Both the position numbers and the translations under genes were made by a program. Shown piece after piece: positions 41,049-53,621 of a DNA stretch of 64,000 bases. Each line of letters begins with the position of its first letter. Position 1 is the first letter of the stretch. Below the pieces are notes generated by a model that made no database searches, was not told the DNA's origin, and saw only the letters and a list, made by a program, of their open reading frames with translations. Source of the DNA: Moniliella sp. 'wahieum' (lineage: Eukaryota); the NCBI GenBank assembly GCA_003971905.1, contig RSEE01000140.1, positions 62,001-126,000 of the forward strand. Reading direction: 5' to 3'.

Positions 41049-43392
41049 TGGAAGTGCCTTGCTCTACTTTTCCCCTTTTGATGACCTCTCGATGACTCCA
41101 ATGTCTTTATCCTCCGTCTTCCCAATTGTGGTTGAGACCCCCCCCATCCCTTCCCCATCATATGGATGTACACCACCCTTCCGTGTCCCGTTCGAGAATC
41201 ATATCGCGGTTTGCCTTGTCCGATTGGTCCACAATTCTAAAGATATAGTACAGAGTATAGATATAGGAAAGAGACCGATGAGAACTCGCCGTCAGTAGAA
41301 AGCAGTAGCCCGGCTCCATCCCCCCTCCATTGGTTAACGTGCTGTCGTCCGCGACGCATCCAAGTTGAAAAAGGGCACGCCGATTAACATATCTTTTGGG
41401 GTATATGGCCACCAATTCTTGCTCACTTCCTCCTCAATCAATTACATCCGGCGACCTTTGATAGTATGCGGCATTACTTACACACAGCTCATCACTTTTG
41501 TCTGCATATTAGTAGAACGGGAATGTACATGTCGGATCACCTTTCGCCTCTCGCCACCCGCCCAACACCGATTCTGCGGGCAGCCCTAGAGATGCCCGGT
41601 GCCGGGCACCCTATCGCAGAAGCTCTTCCTCCACCTTTGACACCTGCCAGAGGACACCATTCAAATAGTAGGAAGTAGCACACCGGAAATATTACTCCCG
41701 TCGAGCCCACAGCTCGCCGGCCGTATGCTTATACCGGAGTCATATCATTTGCAACACTTAAGGCTGGGACAAGGAAATGCTGCACCTACATCGACCTGCT
41801 CATCCGGCGAGTGCTGCGGGTTGGCGCCGAACCAGTTTAAGAAAGCAGATGAGATGCCAGCAGATCAAGACCCTCTTGCGTCGGCCCTTCGCGTCCAAAT
41901 CGGAGGTAGCGCACGTGGATACGAAAGAGCATGGTACACCTCCAGGGTCAACCATCTCAACTCACCACTTTTCATTCTTGCCAGCACCCATCGTGCTCGC
42001 CGTATTATAGTGGCATAATATCCTCGTGTCGTCATAACTTGGCGCAGTCTCTTCGTTCCGACAGTCGAAGCAGTTCCCTCTACCGGCGTTCCAAAGGTGT
42101 TGCAGTTCGCTCGTGCACCGCCATCTAGGCTCGATGCGGAGGTGGATGCTAGGGATGGAGTGCACGGGCTGCAGGATGGGCTCCCACATCGACTCGTGCA
42201 ATGCACCACACTTGGACTGGGTGCGGATGCAAGCCATGATTTGCTCAGGAGAAGACATGGCACACCGCACTTGCACATGCTGCGCGTGGAAGGCTCAAGA
42301 TGCGGAGCTGGAGATCAATCTGAACCGTTGAGCATATTGGGCTGTTCCTTACGGCTCTTCTCCCACACATAATCCTCCCCTCCCACGCAAGTACCGGGCC
42401 GGTTGCCGTTCGACGCACTTGCGAAGGCTGAGTGCGAGGCCTGGCGCGTGTGCCACTCTCGCTCGAACGATGCAGGTGGCACACGGCACTGCAGGTAAGT
42501 CAGCACTTGTCACAGGCAATCATGAGGCAGATCACAACCTGAAGCAGGGCCGTGGCAGATGCACTTGGTGGGCAGGCCCGCCCCAATAACGCCAGATCTG
42601 CGAAGATCAAAGAGGGCAAAAGTCAAGTTGGTCCAACTCCACCTCGAAACGAGTATTGTCCGGCGGACCCTCTTGTTGTTAGTTGGAGGGGAGTGCTACA
42701 AGGAGTTCCCCTGCCCGGTCCTCGGGTGGCGACGCTCGTTGGCCAGGCAACCCCACTGGTGTGCTCTTTCCATCTCCCTCTGTCCCCTGTCTCCTCTTCC
42801 TTTCAGGCGTTTCTTGCAGACTTGTGATCTTGATGGGTCACGCCTGGTCTGGCGGCTGTTTTGCGGATGATCCGCAGGCCATAGGATCCCCGCGTGCTCC
42901 AGCAATACATTGCGGGGAGCGACACGTGAAGGGAAGCGGATAGATATTGATGCTAGTCAAGCGAGGCTGTGGTGTGAAAGCGGTTGTGAAATTTGAACGC
43001 CACTTGGCTAGTCGCGGTAATAGCAGCAGCACAGGGTCCGCATCATTCGTCGGTTCTCTCGACTACCGATCCCCGATAATAATCGATCGCTGATGGCCCC
43101 AATCGCTGTGGGGTTGGGGCACCAGGGCGCGCGAGCGGGGATACGCGGAGATGGGGGGTGCCGTGGAGCTGCGCAGCAAGATAGGACAGCCGCCAGCAGG
43201 CCACGCTGTGGCCACACGAAGCTTGCCAGACGGCCCGGGGGAAGCGGCGGAGGCAGACACATGCTCTACCCGTCTATCGGCCGAGGGGAGGCCGTGTGCT
43301 GTGGGGCGGAGGATCATCGATGCTGAATGACGGTGGCGGGCGGAGGCCGGACTGAGGAGGCAGGATGGGGCAGGAGGTGGCGAGGCAGGCCC

Positions 43393-43434
43393 TTCAAGCT
43401 TCAAGCTTCAAGCTTCAATATTCAATATGCAATG
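43393..43434 (+). repeat. (TTCAAGC)x3 plus degenerate heptamers
   Basis: ttcaagc-ttcaagc-ttcaagc-ttcaata-ttcaata-tgcaatg read directly from the sequence. Confidence 0.85.
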
Positions 43435-43983
43435 GCCATATAGCTGTGCTCCCTACACTCGCCTCCTGCCGGCCTCCGCAGCTGTGGGGACCCCTCCAGT
43501 GTCGCCGCCGTTTTCACAACGACGCCGTTGGCTGAGGCTGAGTGGAAAGGCCCTCGTGACGCGTGATGCCCACGGCCCAAGGCCTACGGCCTCCCTCGTA
43601 TCTTCGCCACCGGCCACTGGTAGCCACTGCCCATGACGTTACTGAGTGCACTGAGTGCCTAGGCTGAGCACTGGCCAGTCTGAAAGCCCACTCGGCTGTG
43701 AGTGTACTCAGTAATCCTGCCAGACGAACACACCCATCACGCATCACGCATCACACTCCACAGTGTGAGATGTGGGATTCCGCCCTGCCAACACTGCCCC
43801 CGCGCCCGCTGCGGTCTGTCAGGAAAACTCGAATTGCGGGGCGGCAGGTGCAGCAAGCCACAGCAGCCGATAGCCCAGTTCCCCACACGCCTCCGCCCTT
43901 TAGACGCACATCCCAGCCGGTCTTCCTCCCCCCCACCTCTCCCCCCACCCCCACCCCTCGCCCCGTTGCTGCCGCCTCCCGCC

Positions 43984-46900
43984 ATGTCTGCCACCGAGTC
44001 CCGATTGGCCCCGTGCCCATCGCCGACGGGTACGCGGGCAACCTCACCCCCGCCCAAACCCAGAAGCTGCGTGAATTCTGGGCGGGCTACTTCGACTGGG
44101 TAGCCAACGCCACTGGCACCGGCGCCAGTCAACCTGCCGCCTCCACAGCCGCCTCTTCCGATCCCTCAAGTGCCCCCAAGGGCGATGCCGCCAAGGATGC
44201 GGCCCACATCCAGCAGGAGCAGGCCAACCTGCGCGCCCTCCTCGACTCGTACGGCCCAGACTCGCTCAAGAGAGCCATGTGGGAGTTTATCAAGATGGAC
44301 AATCCAGACAGCATCTGCCTTCGTTTCCTCCGCGCCCGTAAATGGGACGTCGCTCGTGCGCTTGGCATGTTTGCCGGCTGCCTCAAATGGCGCCTTGACA
44401 ATGGCGTCCAAGACTTGGTCGAGGGAGGGGACTTGACCAACGGTGCTAGAATCGAAAAGTTCCTTGACCAGCAACGTTCGGGCAAGACGTATGCCAACGG
44501 TGCCACGGGCGGTGACAATGTTGCGCCGATCCCAGTCTGTTATATCCATGTTAAGAAGCACTTCACCAATGGTCAGCCCAGCTCCTCCATGGAAAAGTAC
44601 GTCATTTATGCCATGGAAAGTTTCCGATGCCTCATGGTGCCTCCGGGCGACAAGTCCATCATCTTTTTCGACTTGACGTCCTTTGGAGTCAAGAACATGG
44701 ACTGGTCTTGCATTTTGTTCATTGTCAAGTGTCTCGAGGCATACTACCCTGAATCCTTGTCGGTTCTCTATGTGCACAATGCACCCTGGGTCTTTTCTGG
44801 CATTTGGAAGGTACTCAGCCCCATGCTTGATCCTGTCGTACGCTCCAAGATTCAGTTCACCAAGTCGGCCAAGGATGTCACTGCCACCGTTCCCGCCGAC
44901 CACATGATCGCCCAACTCGGGGGCAACAACACCAACGAGTTCAAATTTATCGAACCTCGTCCGGACGAAAACGACAAGCAGAAGGACACGACGATCAAAC
45001 CTGCGCTCCTCCGGCGCTACCATGACCTGGCCGATGCGTATGAGGCTGCCACCAAACGTTGGATCGAGACCAACGGTAAAGAGTACGTTTATTTTTTACT
45101 AGCAATATCGCCCTCTCTGGGCTTACGCTTCTGACTGACTTTTCTTTTCCCCATCAGCCCTTCGATTGAGGAAGAACGTACCCTACTGTTCAAGAAGCTC
45201 CGGGTGGCCCAGTTTGACGTCGAACCCTACACCCGTGGCTTGACGGTCTACCATCGCTCGGGCATCATTGATGGTCAAGGTATTGCCCGATGGACGTACA
45301 CGGGCAATGGGCAGACCAAGCAGCATGTCATTGGCCGGACTTCGTGTGCTGCTGTGTTCCGTCGCGAGATTTACGAGATGGAGGTGATGGGAAAATCGTC
45401 CACGCAGGTTGGGGCCGAATCGGAGGCAGCAGCCGCGCGACGCGACTGGGTCGCCCTCTACGGTGATCCTCAAGTAGCTGCCCAAATCGAAGGGAATGCT
45501 GAGGTTCGCGGCTCAAAGGGTGTCCTGACGGGAGTCGACTATGACTTTACCGCTCCCCCCGGGGCGCCGCAGCAAGCTGCGCAGTCTCAACCCCAGAGCA
45601 AACCGCGCAAGTCGGGCCGCCACAAACATCGCACAGCTGAACAGGCCACTGCTGCGGCTGGATTGGCTGGGGTGGGTGCCGCAGCGGCTGTGTCTCAAAG
45701 TCATGAGGATCCCTACGCCCAAAATGGCCACGAGCAAGAAGAACAAGAGGTGCAAGAGCAACCCCCAGCTACTCGCAGGTTCGCCGTTGGCAACCAGGAA
45801 AGTACAAGTACATTGAGCTTGGTGGGCCCTCGGCGAGAGAAATCGAGTCCAAAGCGTTTGATTTGCCCGAAGGCACGGCCAAAACCCTTACTCCAGAACA
45901 ACAAGTGAAGCTACGTGAGATGTGGTCGGTCTACTTTTCGTGGTTGAACCAGGCCAGTGGGCACCAACAAGCAGGAGGTCATCATCATAAGCATATGATC
46001 GACCCTGCTTCTGAGCCGGATCCTTCAAAGAAGGCCAAGTCGGACGCTGACAAGGAGGCGCAGCGAATTGCCGAGGAGCAAGCTCAGTTGAACCAACTAT
46101 TGAGTATGTATGGTGGGGACACGCTGAAGAAGGCTCTCTGGCAGTTCTTCGACTTTGATGACCCGGACGGCTCTCTGCTGCGCTTCCTCCGAGCACGGAA
46201 GTGGGATGTATCCCGCGCCATGAACATGTGTGGCGCCACGCTTAACTGGCGGATGGAGAACAATGTTGAGCAATTGATCGCGGACGGAGAATTGGGCAAC
46301 GGAAAGACGATCCCCAAGTTCCTGGACCAGCAGCGAGAGACAAGACATTTGCATGCGGCACGCCCTAAACGAGCAGCCCATTTGCGCTATCCTTGTCAAG
46401 AAGCATCTCACCAACGGTCAGCCAGGCACATCGATGGAGAAGTTTGTCATCTTTGCCATGGAGTCGTTCCGGATGTTGATGCAGCCGCCGCAAGAGAAGG
46501 TCGTGATCATTTCTCGCTCGAGGGCTTTGGAATCAAAAAGTAAGTTGGTGCTCGATCCCTGTAAACCTGATGTTTCCCCCCCTTTCCACACCAGAGAAGA
46601 GAGACTAACCTATCGTTCCGCTTCCCAGCATGGATTGGAATTGTGTCCTGTTTCGTCAAGTGCCTCGAGGCTTTCTATCCTGAGTCGCTTGGTGTCATCT
46701 ACCTCTACGCTGCACCCTGGATTTTCTCCGGTATCTGGAAGGTACTCTCGCCGCTGCTGGATCCGGTGGTGCGCTCCAAGATTGTGTTTGTCAAAACCGC
46801 CCGCGACTTTGGCGACCGTATTCCTCCCGAGCGCCTGATTGAGGAGGTGGGTGGCCAGGCTGTCGACTCTTTCCGTTTCCTTGAGCCTGTCGAAGGAGAG

Positions 46901-48610
46901 AACGATGCGCAGCGCAACACGGAGGAGAAGAACAGTTTGTCAATGCCTACATGGAGTTGGCAGATGAGTTTGAGGATGTGACTCGCCGCTGGATTGCGTC
47001 GAATGGGCAAGATGCGGCGGTGACAACGGAGCGTGCGCTGCTCAAGCGCAAGTTGCGCGTGGCTGCGTTTGACAAGATGCCCTATGTGCGAGGAAAGACG
47101 ATCTACCACCGCCAAGGTACCCTCGACGGTATGGGACGGGTGACGTGGGTGTACAAGACCAAGGATGGCCAACTACTGCGCCATGTGATTGGTCGGCGCG
47201 ACCACTATGCTACTTTGTTGCGTGAGATCAACTTTGAGGCCGGTGCGTCGGTGGCCGCGGTGGAGGCCAAAACCGAGGATGCCATTGCTCGCCGTGATTG
47301 GCTGACGCTCTATGGCGATGCGTACGCTGCCCATGAGATTGAGGGTGTACCGCTGGACCGTGCCGCTGCCGCTGCCCAGCCGCCCGCAGCGGCGACTGCA
47401 ACGCACAAGAAGAAGCACCGCGCCGGCAAGCACCACCGCCATGGCACTGCAACAGGCGCCGCTGCCGCCGCAGGGGCTGCGGCCGGTGCTGGCTATGCAG
47501 CCGCCCACTCATACGAGACCGGCAATGGCCACGCCTATGCGGAGAAGCCGGAAGGATGGATGGACGATCTGGATGCTCGTTCGGGCTCCATTTCGTCTGT
47601 TGCCCGGCGATCGTCCGGCACGGCGCCCTCGGAGCCGGCTTGGACCGACCGTTCCTCCCCTCCCCCAAGGCCCGTTCAGCGCTGCCCAAGGCCCGTTCGA
47701 CCCCCGTCATGAATGCCAAACCCCTGTTCCTGCTGCAGGAGGCATGGGTCGCTTTTCCACGCACAATACCGAGGATGGTTACTCGTCGGCGGAAGATTTG
47801 TTCTTTGACACGACCGAGGCGCATGCCAAGGACTTGGCCAATGCACGTGTGTATGTGCCCCCCGGCCACCCTACCGTCTCGAGCCAAGACAAGGACAAGC
47901 CGGCCGGCGCAGCCACCGCGACCGTCGCAGCCGTCGTTCGTCTCGGGGCGTCGGGGCCTTTGCTGACGATGTGGCGGCCGCGCCACGGGATGAGCCAAGC
48001 CGCCGAGCTTCCGTCACTACTATGCCCTCTCGTGCTCGTTCGGGTTCAGCGGATGGGCGATCGGGCGATGCACGCTCAATTGGTGGTCGTTCGGGTCGTT
48101 CAGGTCGTTCAGGTCGCTCGGGTCGCTCTACGGGAGGTCGTTCAACGAGCGAAGCCCGTGCTGCCTCTGGTTATGCTGAGCGCCCCGCACCAGGTATGAC
48201 ATTCCCGGTGCCCCTTCGTATGGAGGGTACGAGGGGTACGACGATGGCTACGACACGAGACGTCGGTCCTACTCGGGCGCTCGCGCATGATGTCAGCGTC
48301 GACCAACTCGGCGGTGCAGCTGTACGGCGGATCGTACCACTATGCGCCCGGCTCTTATGGGCGTCGTCATTCGGAGGCAAGGGACGAAGATCTGGCGTTG
48401 CTCTACCCAGAGATCTGCCCAGCCGCAGTCCCAGCCGAGGCGCAAACGCAGCGGCTCGCTTCGCAAGGCAGCTTCCATCTTGATCCCGTCCACGTCGCGC
48501 AGCGCCTCCACTTTGGCTCTGGGAAGCTACGATGACTCGAACCCCGCCCCGGAGCGCCGCCAGAGGAAGCCGTCGCTGCGTCGGCGTCTGTCGGGGTGTT
48601 CAAGGCCTGA
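43984..48610 (+). CDS. Sec14/CRAL-TRIO lipid-transfer protein (Csr1-like) with two tandem CRAL-TRIO modules
   Basis: Module 1: DNPDSICLRFLRARKWDV..FDLTSFGVKNMDW..CLEAYYPESL..HNAPWVFSGIWKVLSPMLDPVVRSKI. Module 2: DDPDGSLLRFLRARKWDV..CLEAFYPESL..AAPWIFSGIWKVLSPLLDPVVRSKI. Introns 45083-45157 and 46540-46628. Low-complexity C-terminal tail, end approximate. Confidence 0.9.
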
Positions 48611-49359
48611 TGCGCCTCACGGTTCAGTTGCATGTCAACTGCATCTCGACAGATTTTGTGAATGTGCCTCAACATGCCCTGGCTTATGGCTGTATGGTTA
48701 AGACGTGACCATTTTTCTACCAACACACTATACTTTTCAACGCTAGTTCCACCTTGCTCCAGCTTATCCTTCATTTGCCCGCTACTTCCTTCGTCTCCTT
48801 TGGATCGTTTAAACTGCCTCCTACGTTTCCTCTTCCCGCCCCACCACCCTTTTAACACCAAAAACAAAGAATTTCCTCCCTGCACCGCTATATTCCCGTT
48901 TGACCGTTTCCCTCTCGCTCCTAAGATCCCCGCTTTTTCTCACCCAGTACCTATATACTGCTCCCCTGCTAAATTGTTATCAACCCCTATGATGATAATG
49001 CTCCAATCAATTTGCTCCCAAAGAACCAACGGACGTTGAAACGGGCTTCACAGATAGGCCTCGGTATAGAGCGTGCGCGGTGGAACTTGCTTCTTCTCGC
49101 CCTGGCGCCATAATAAGAAGGACCGTGTGAACATGAATATCTTGTGGCTCCTATACGAGATGGGTGTGGTTTTACAGTCAGGGAGTCTGACTGGCCGTGG
49201 GCAACTCGCATCCAATAGAGACTACGCTGCAAATGGTTTGTTCGTATGGCCGACCAACACCACAGCTAGCGTTCCACGTCCCATGTTCGCGTCCGACCAA
49301 GCTGGCGTGCTATCTCCTTCACACGAGACGGAAGCGAGAAAGATCACAGGTATCACCGG

Positions 49360-50464
49360 TCACCCTTGGAACGCAATGCCCTTTTTCATCACCGTCTTGT
49401 TTCCCGCCGCCGCGTACCCCGTACCCTCCCGCTGGAGTGGGATCAGATCCTTTGCCACGTCTTTTAGTCGAGCCTCGCAATGGGCGCACTGGGCCTTGAT
49501 GCGCTTGGCTTTGGTCGTTGGAAGGTTGTTTCGCTTTCACCACCACCCTCCGCCGTGTCCTTGCAGCCGGCGGGCTGGAGAACGAGCGTGTTGGTGCACT
49601 CACGACACAAAACGTGGCCACAGGCGCGCATCACATAAGCCTGAGTGGTCTGGCCAAAGGCAGATTGACACGTGGGACACGCGGCTCCAACCGGAGTTGC
49701 CTCGGTTGTGGCAGCACCTGCCTCGGTGGCCGCTTCGTTTGGCTGGGGGAGAGAGGCAGGTCGCCAAAAGTGAAGGTCGACAAGTTGTTTGATGGTCAGA
49801 GGGTGGGCCTTGCCCGCACGGCACATGGGTTTGGTCGGCACCCCGTCCTCGGTCCAGAGACCCAACTGGAGCGCATCTTGTTGCTCAAACGGTGTCAGCG
49901 ATGGCAGCCAGAAGGATGGGAGCTTGGATTTCTTAGCTTCGGCCTCTTCGGCCGCCAGCTCAGCGCGAACCCGGGCCTGTTCTGCGGCGTCCGCAGCGCT
50001 GGCCCGCGACTCGTCCGTCGTGGGTCCTACGGCAGAGACGGACGGGTTGGGAGCGTCGTCGTGGGCTTTACGTTTGCGCGAGCCGGACTCGGGTGCCTGC
50101 CCCGTCAGACGCTGCTGCTCCTCAAAGTCGCGCACACGGCGGTCGTACGCACGCTGTTGATCAAGCGCGTCTTTCTGTGCGCGGCGGTCGGCCAGGGCCT
50201 GGAGAGAACGCTGGATGCGGGCCAGCTCGTCTTTTTGAGCGACCAGGTCGGACAGGACGCACTCGCGGCAGAAGAGGTGGCCATGGGCATCGACAGTCGG
50301 CGGCGGCGGGCGGGCGCGAGGCAGAGGACGCAGGCGCTCCAGGGCCGCTGGGCGGTGCTTCCGAGCTCGGCGGTGGCGGTGCCGCCCCAGGCCTTGCGTG
50401 CGCGTGTGCGCTCGACGTAGGTGAACTGGGCAGAGGAGGTGTTGTTCTTCGAGTGGCGCGGCAT
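49360..50464 (-). CDS. NOSIP-family RING/U-box-like protein
   Basis: MPRHSKNNTSSAQFTYVER, CVLCL, LPSFWLPSLTP, CPTC..CGHVLCREC and C-terminal LQREGTGYAAAG..KKGIAFQG*. Confidence 0.88.
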
Positions 50465-50673
50465 GGGCGGGGCGAAGGGGCGGCGAAGAGGGACCGCGTC
50501 GCCGTATTTATACGAGCGAGCCTCATAAGCCAGCCCAGCCCGCCTCGATTTCAATTTCTGTTTCCGAGCCGCTGCCCGCCTGAACATTTCACTGCCCCTC
50601 GCTTTTTTTTTTTTGCCTCCCGCCCGCTCGCCTGCGCTCCACCCTGCCTTGCCCCGCGCTCAACACCACCACC

Positions 50674-52563
50674 ATGAAGCTCGACGCAACCGACCTGCGC
50701 TACGTCACGCCCGACGAGTTCCGCGTGCTGAAGGCGTTTGAGCTCGGCTCGCGCAACCACGAAGTCGTCCCCACCCAGCTCGCTGCCCATCTCTCGGGCC
50801 TGCGCACGAGCAATGTGGCCAAGCTCATTTCCGAGCTGGCCAAGCGCAAACTGGTGGCGCGCGTGCAGAACGCTCGGTACGACGGGTACCGTCTGACCTA
50901 TGGCGGATACGACTTTTTGGCGGTGCGTGCGCTGTCGAAGCAGGATGTGCTCGGTGCGGTCGGGTACCGCGTCGGGGTAGGCAAGAGAGCGACATTTACA
51001 TTACCGAAGACACCGATGCCCACAAGGTCATTCTCAAGATCCACCGTCTCGGACGCATCTCCTTCCGCAATGTCAAACACAAGCGCGACTATCTTGGTAA
51101 CCGACACACCAGCAGCTGGCAATACCTCAGCAAGCTCAGCGCCAGTAAAGAGTACCTGTTCATGACGCTGCTCAAGCAGCATGGCTTCCCCGTCCCCCAA
51201 CCCCTTGGCCACAGTCGCCACGCGATCGTGATGGAGCGGATCGACTATGCGTACCCATTGCGTCAGATTGTCTCGCTTCCCGAGCGTGAGGTGGCGTCGC
51301 TCTACGCCGAGCTGATGGCGCTGATTGTGCGCCTGGCCAAGTGCGGGTTGATCCATGGTGACTTCAACAACGAATTCAACCTAATGATTCGCGAGAAGCG
51401 ACCCAGCGATTATGACGATGAGGACGGCGCCGAGATGGCATTTGAAGCCAAGCAAAAACGCGAGACCAAGCAAAGTTTGCAAAAGGCACGGGACCCATTC
51501 GAAGAGCCGGAGAACCGAAGGCCAATCGAATTGAAGCCCGGGGAACGGATTGAACAAGGCAAGGGGTTCGAAAGAGTTGTTGTCGACCAATCGGACGAGG
51601 AGGCGCAAAACTCGGAAGAGGAGAGCTCGGAAGAGGACGACGGTGACTCGGAAGACAACGAGGAGGTTGATCAATTCCCCTCCAACGACGAGGACGATGA
51701 GGACGACGAGGAAGAGGAAGAGGCACGTGCAGAAGCTGCTGCGAAAATGGCCACTGAAGCGCCCACAGTGACGATCGCGGAGGGCACCAGTGTCGAGGCT
51801 ATCTTGATTGACTTCCCTCAGATGGTCAGTGTGGAGCATGAAAATGCAGCGTACTACTTTGATCGGGACGTGGAGTGCATCAAACGCTTCTTCCGAAAGC
51901 GTTTCCGTTTCGAAGCCCAAACCTGGCCCACCTTTGCCGACACAGTTCCCCGTGATCGGGAAGCTCAACGGGTCAAACGCGAGGCACAGTATGAGGCGGC
52001 GCCAAAGCTGCTCTGCGAGCTGGGCAACCAGTTCCTGAGCCACCTGCCCGGTCGATGAGGAGGGCAACATTCAGCTTGACAAGTTGGCCGAGGCTAGCGG
52101 GTTCGGAGCTGGGGGACGTCTGGAGAAGGAACTCCAAGAGAACTTCCGCTCCCTTCGTTTGGGTGGTGGTGAGGATGGAGTACGCGCTGCTGAGGTGGCC
52201 CAGCGTCTGCATGGAGGTGTGCCGGAGCATGATGCTCCCTCAGACGAGGAGGCGCAGGTACAGGAGGAGGAGGAGGAAGAAGAGGAAGAGGAGGAAGAAC
52301 ACCTCACCCGTGCTGAAAAGCGAGCGCGCGCAGCGGAGCGCAACGCCAAGGCAGGTGTGATCCCCTCCCGTGGCGCAGCAGAGAAGGCTGCGAAGGAAGG
52401 TGATCCCAGTTTGATTGCGCTCCGGGTCGCGGCCGAGCGGGCACGCCGGGAGGCCAAAGCTGCCAAGCATCACGGCAAGAAGGCGCAAGGGTCCAAAGTC
52501 GGGCGCCGCAACGCGGGAGGCAAAGGTCGGAACGATGCGATTGCGATCGACACACAGTTTTGA
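50674..52563 (+). CDS. RIO2: Atypical kinase Rio2 (40S subunit maturation)
   Basis: MKLDATDLRY..ELGSRNHEVVP..YDGYRLTYGGYDFLA..GVGK, ILKIHRLGRISFR, LIHGDFN..EFN and IDFPQMVS..YYFDRDVECIKRFF. Confidence 0.96.
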
Positions 52564-53621
52564 GAATGCTATGTTACTGTCAGTCCGATCGACATCAGCC
52601 CACCACGGTAGATCTCGTCTGGGGGTCCATGGCCCAGCACTGGGAGATGCACTTTGAGGCACAGGCTGCTATGAAGAGAGACAGTTGGCATGTTCGAGGC
52701 TGGCTTGGTGCCTGCTTTCAAGGCGAGCGAGCCCGCCGGGCTAATTATGGCGCAGAATGTAGGAAGTGCGAGATGCGATACCAATGGGTGGCCAGGAAAG
52801 AGGTGGTCGGGATGAAGGGGAAGGGTCATTGGTTGCTAGTATGTAAACTGGTGCCGTCGTTGACGGAGGCGGACAGCATGGTATGATGACTGAGCGAACG
52901 GCGGAGGCGGGAGTGGAAGTGGGAAGAAAGAGAATGTGAATCGCCGGGCAACATAACAGGCTGTGGGTCTTGATGGGCAAGGGATGTCGAGGGCAAGGGT
53001 ATTGGGGGAAATATCGGGGTGGACGCAGTGCTGCTGCTTGGCGACAGCCCCATTGGACATGGGAGAGGGCGTCAAGGCGGCAGATGGGGGCTAAATCCTT
53101 GGGGATGTGCCAAACTACAAAGTATAATGCTACTGTTACTCCTGCCCACTGTTACGCTCCTTGTCGGCAGCCGCTGGCTTCCCCTGGACCTTGGAGAGGC
53201 GCCACCTATCCAGTGGGGAATTCAGCATGCCAGCCACCTGCTTCAGCTTAACCTCAAAGCCATCGTCACCCACATCATCCTCGTTAACGTCAACGTTATC
53301 AAGTATCCCCGTCCCTCCCTCTCTTCCAGCTCATTGCATCAGCGAATACTATTGCTTCCATAGTGCATGCAAGTCCAGTAACCGTTGCCATTCCTTACAC
53401 CGGAGAAACCCCGCTTGGTCCAAGGCATTGGCAACAATCCAATCCTGTTCACAGATCCGTCTTGGCCTCCACCGCCCCAACCAGCTCCCGCACCTTGCTC
53501 GCTGCCAACTCCGTCACCTGGTACAGCTTGGCCTTGCCCAGTTGGTAGCCCTGAACAGCGAACAGCGAAACAGGATCCTGTTCGTCCATGTAATAGTACC
53601 ACTGTCATCCCAAACACCAGG

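Noticed and set aside
48985..49190. Box C/D snoRNA (ATGATGA at 48989)
   Set aside because: There is no suitably spaced CTGA with a terminal stem, and I recognise no rRNA guide sequence.
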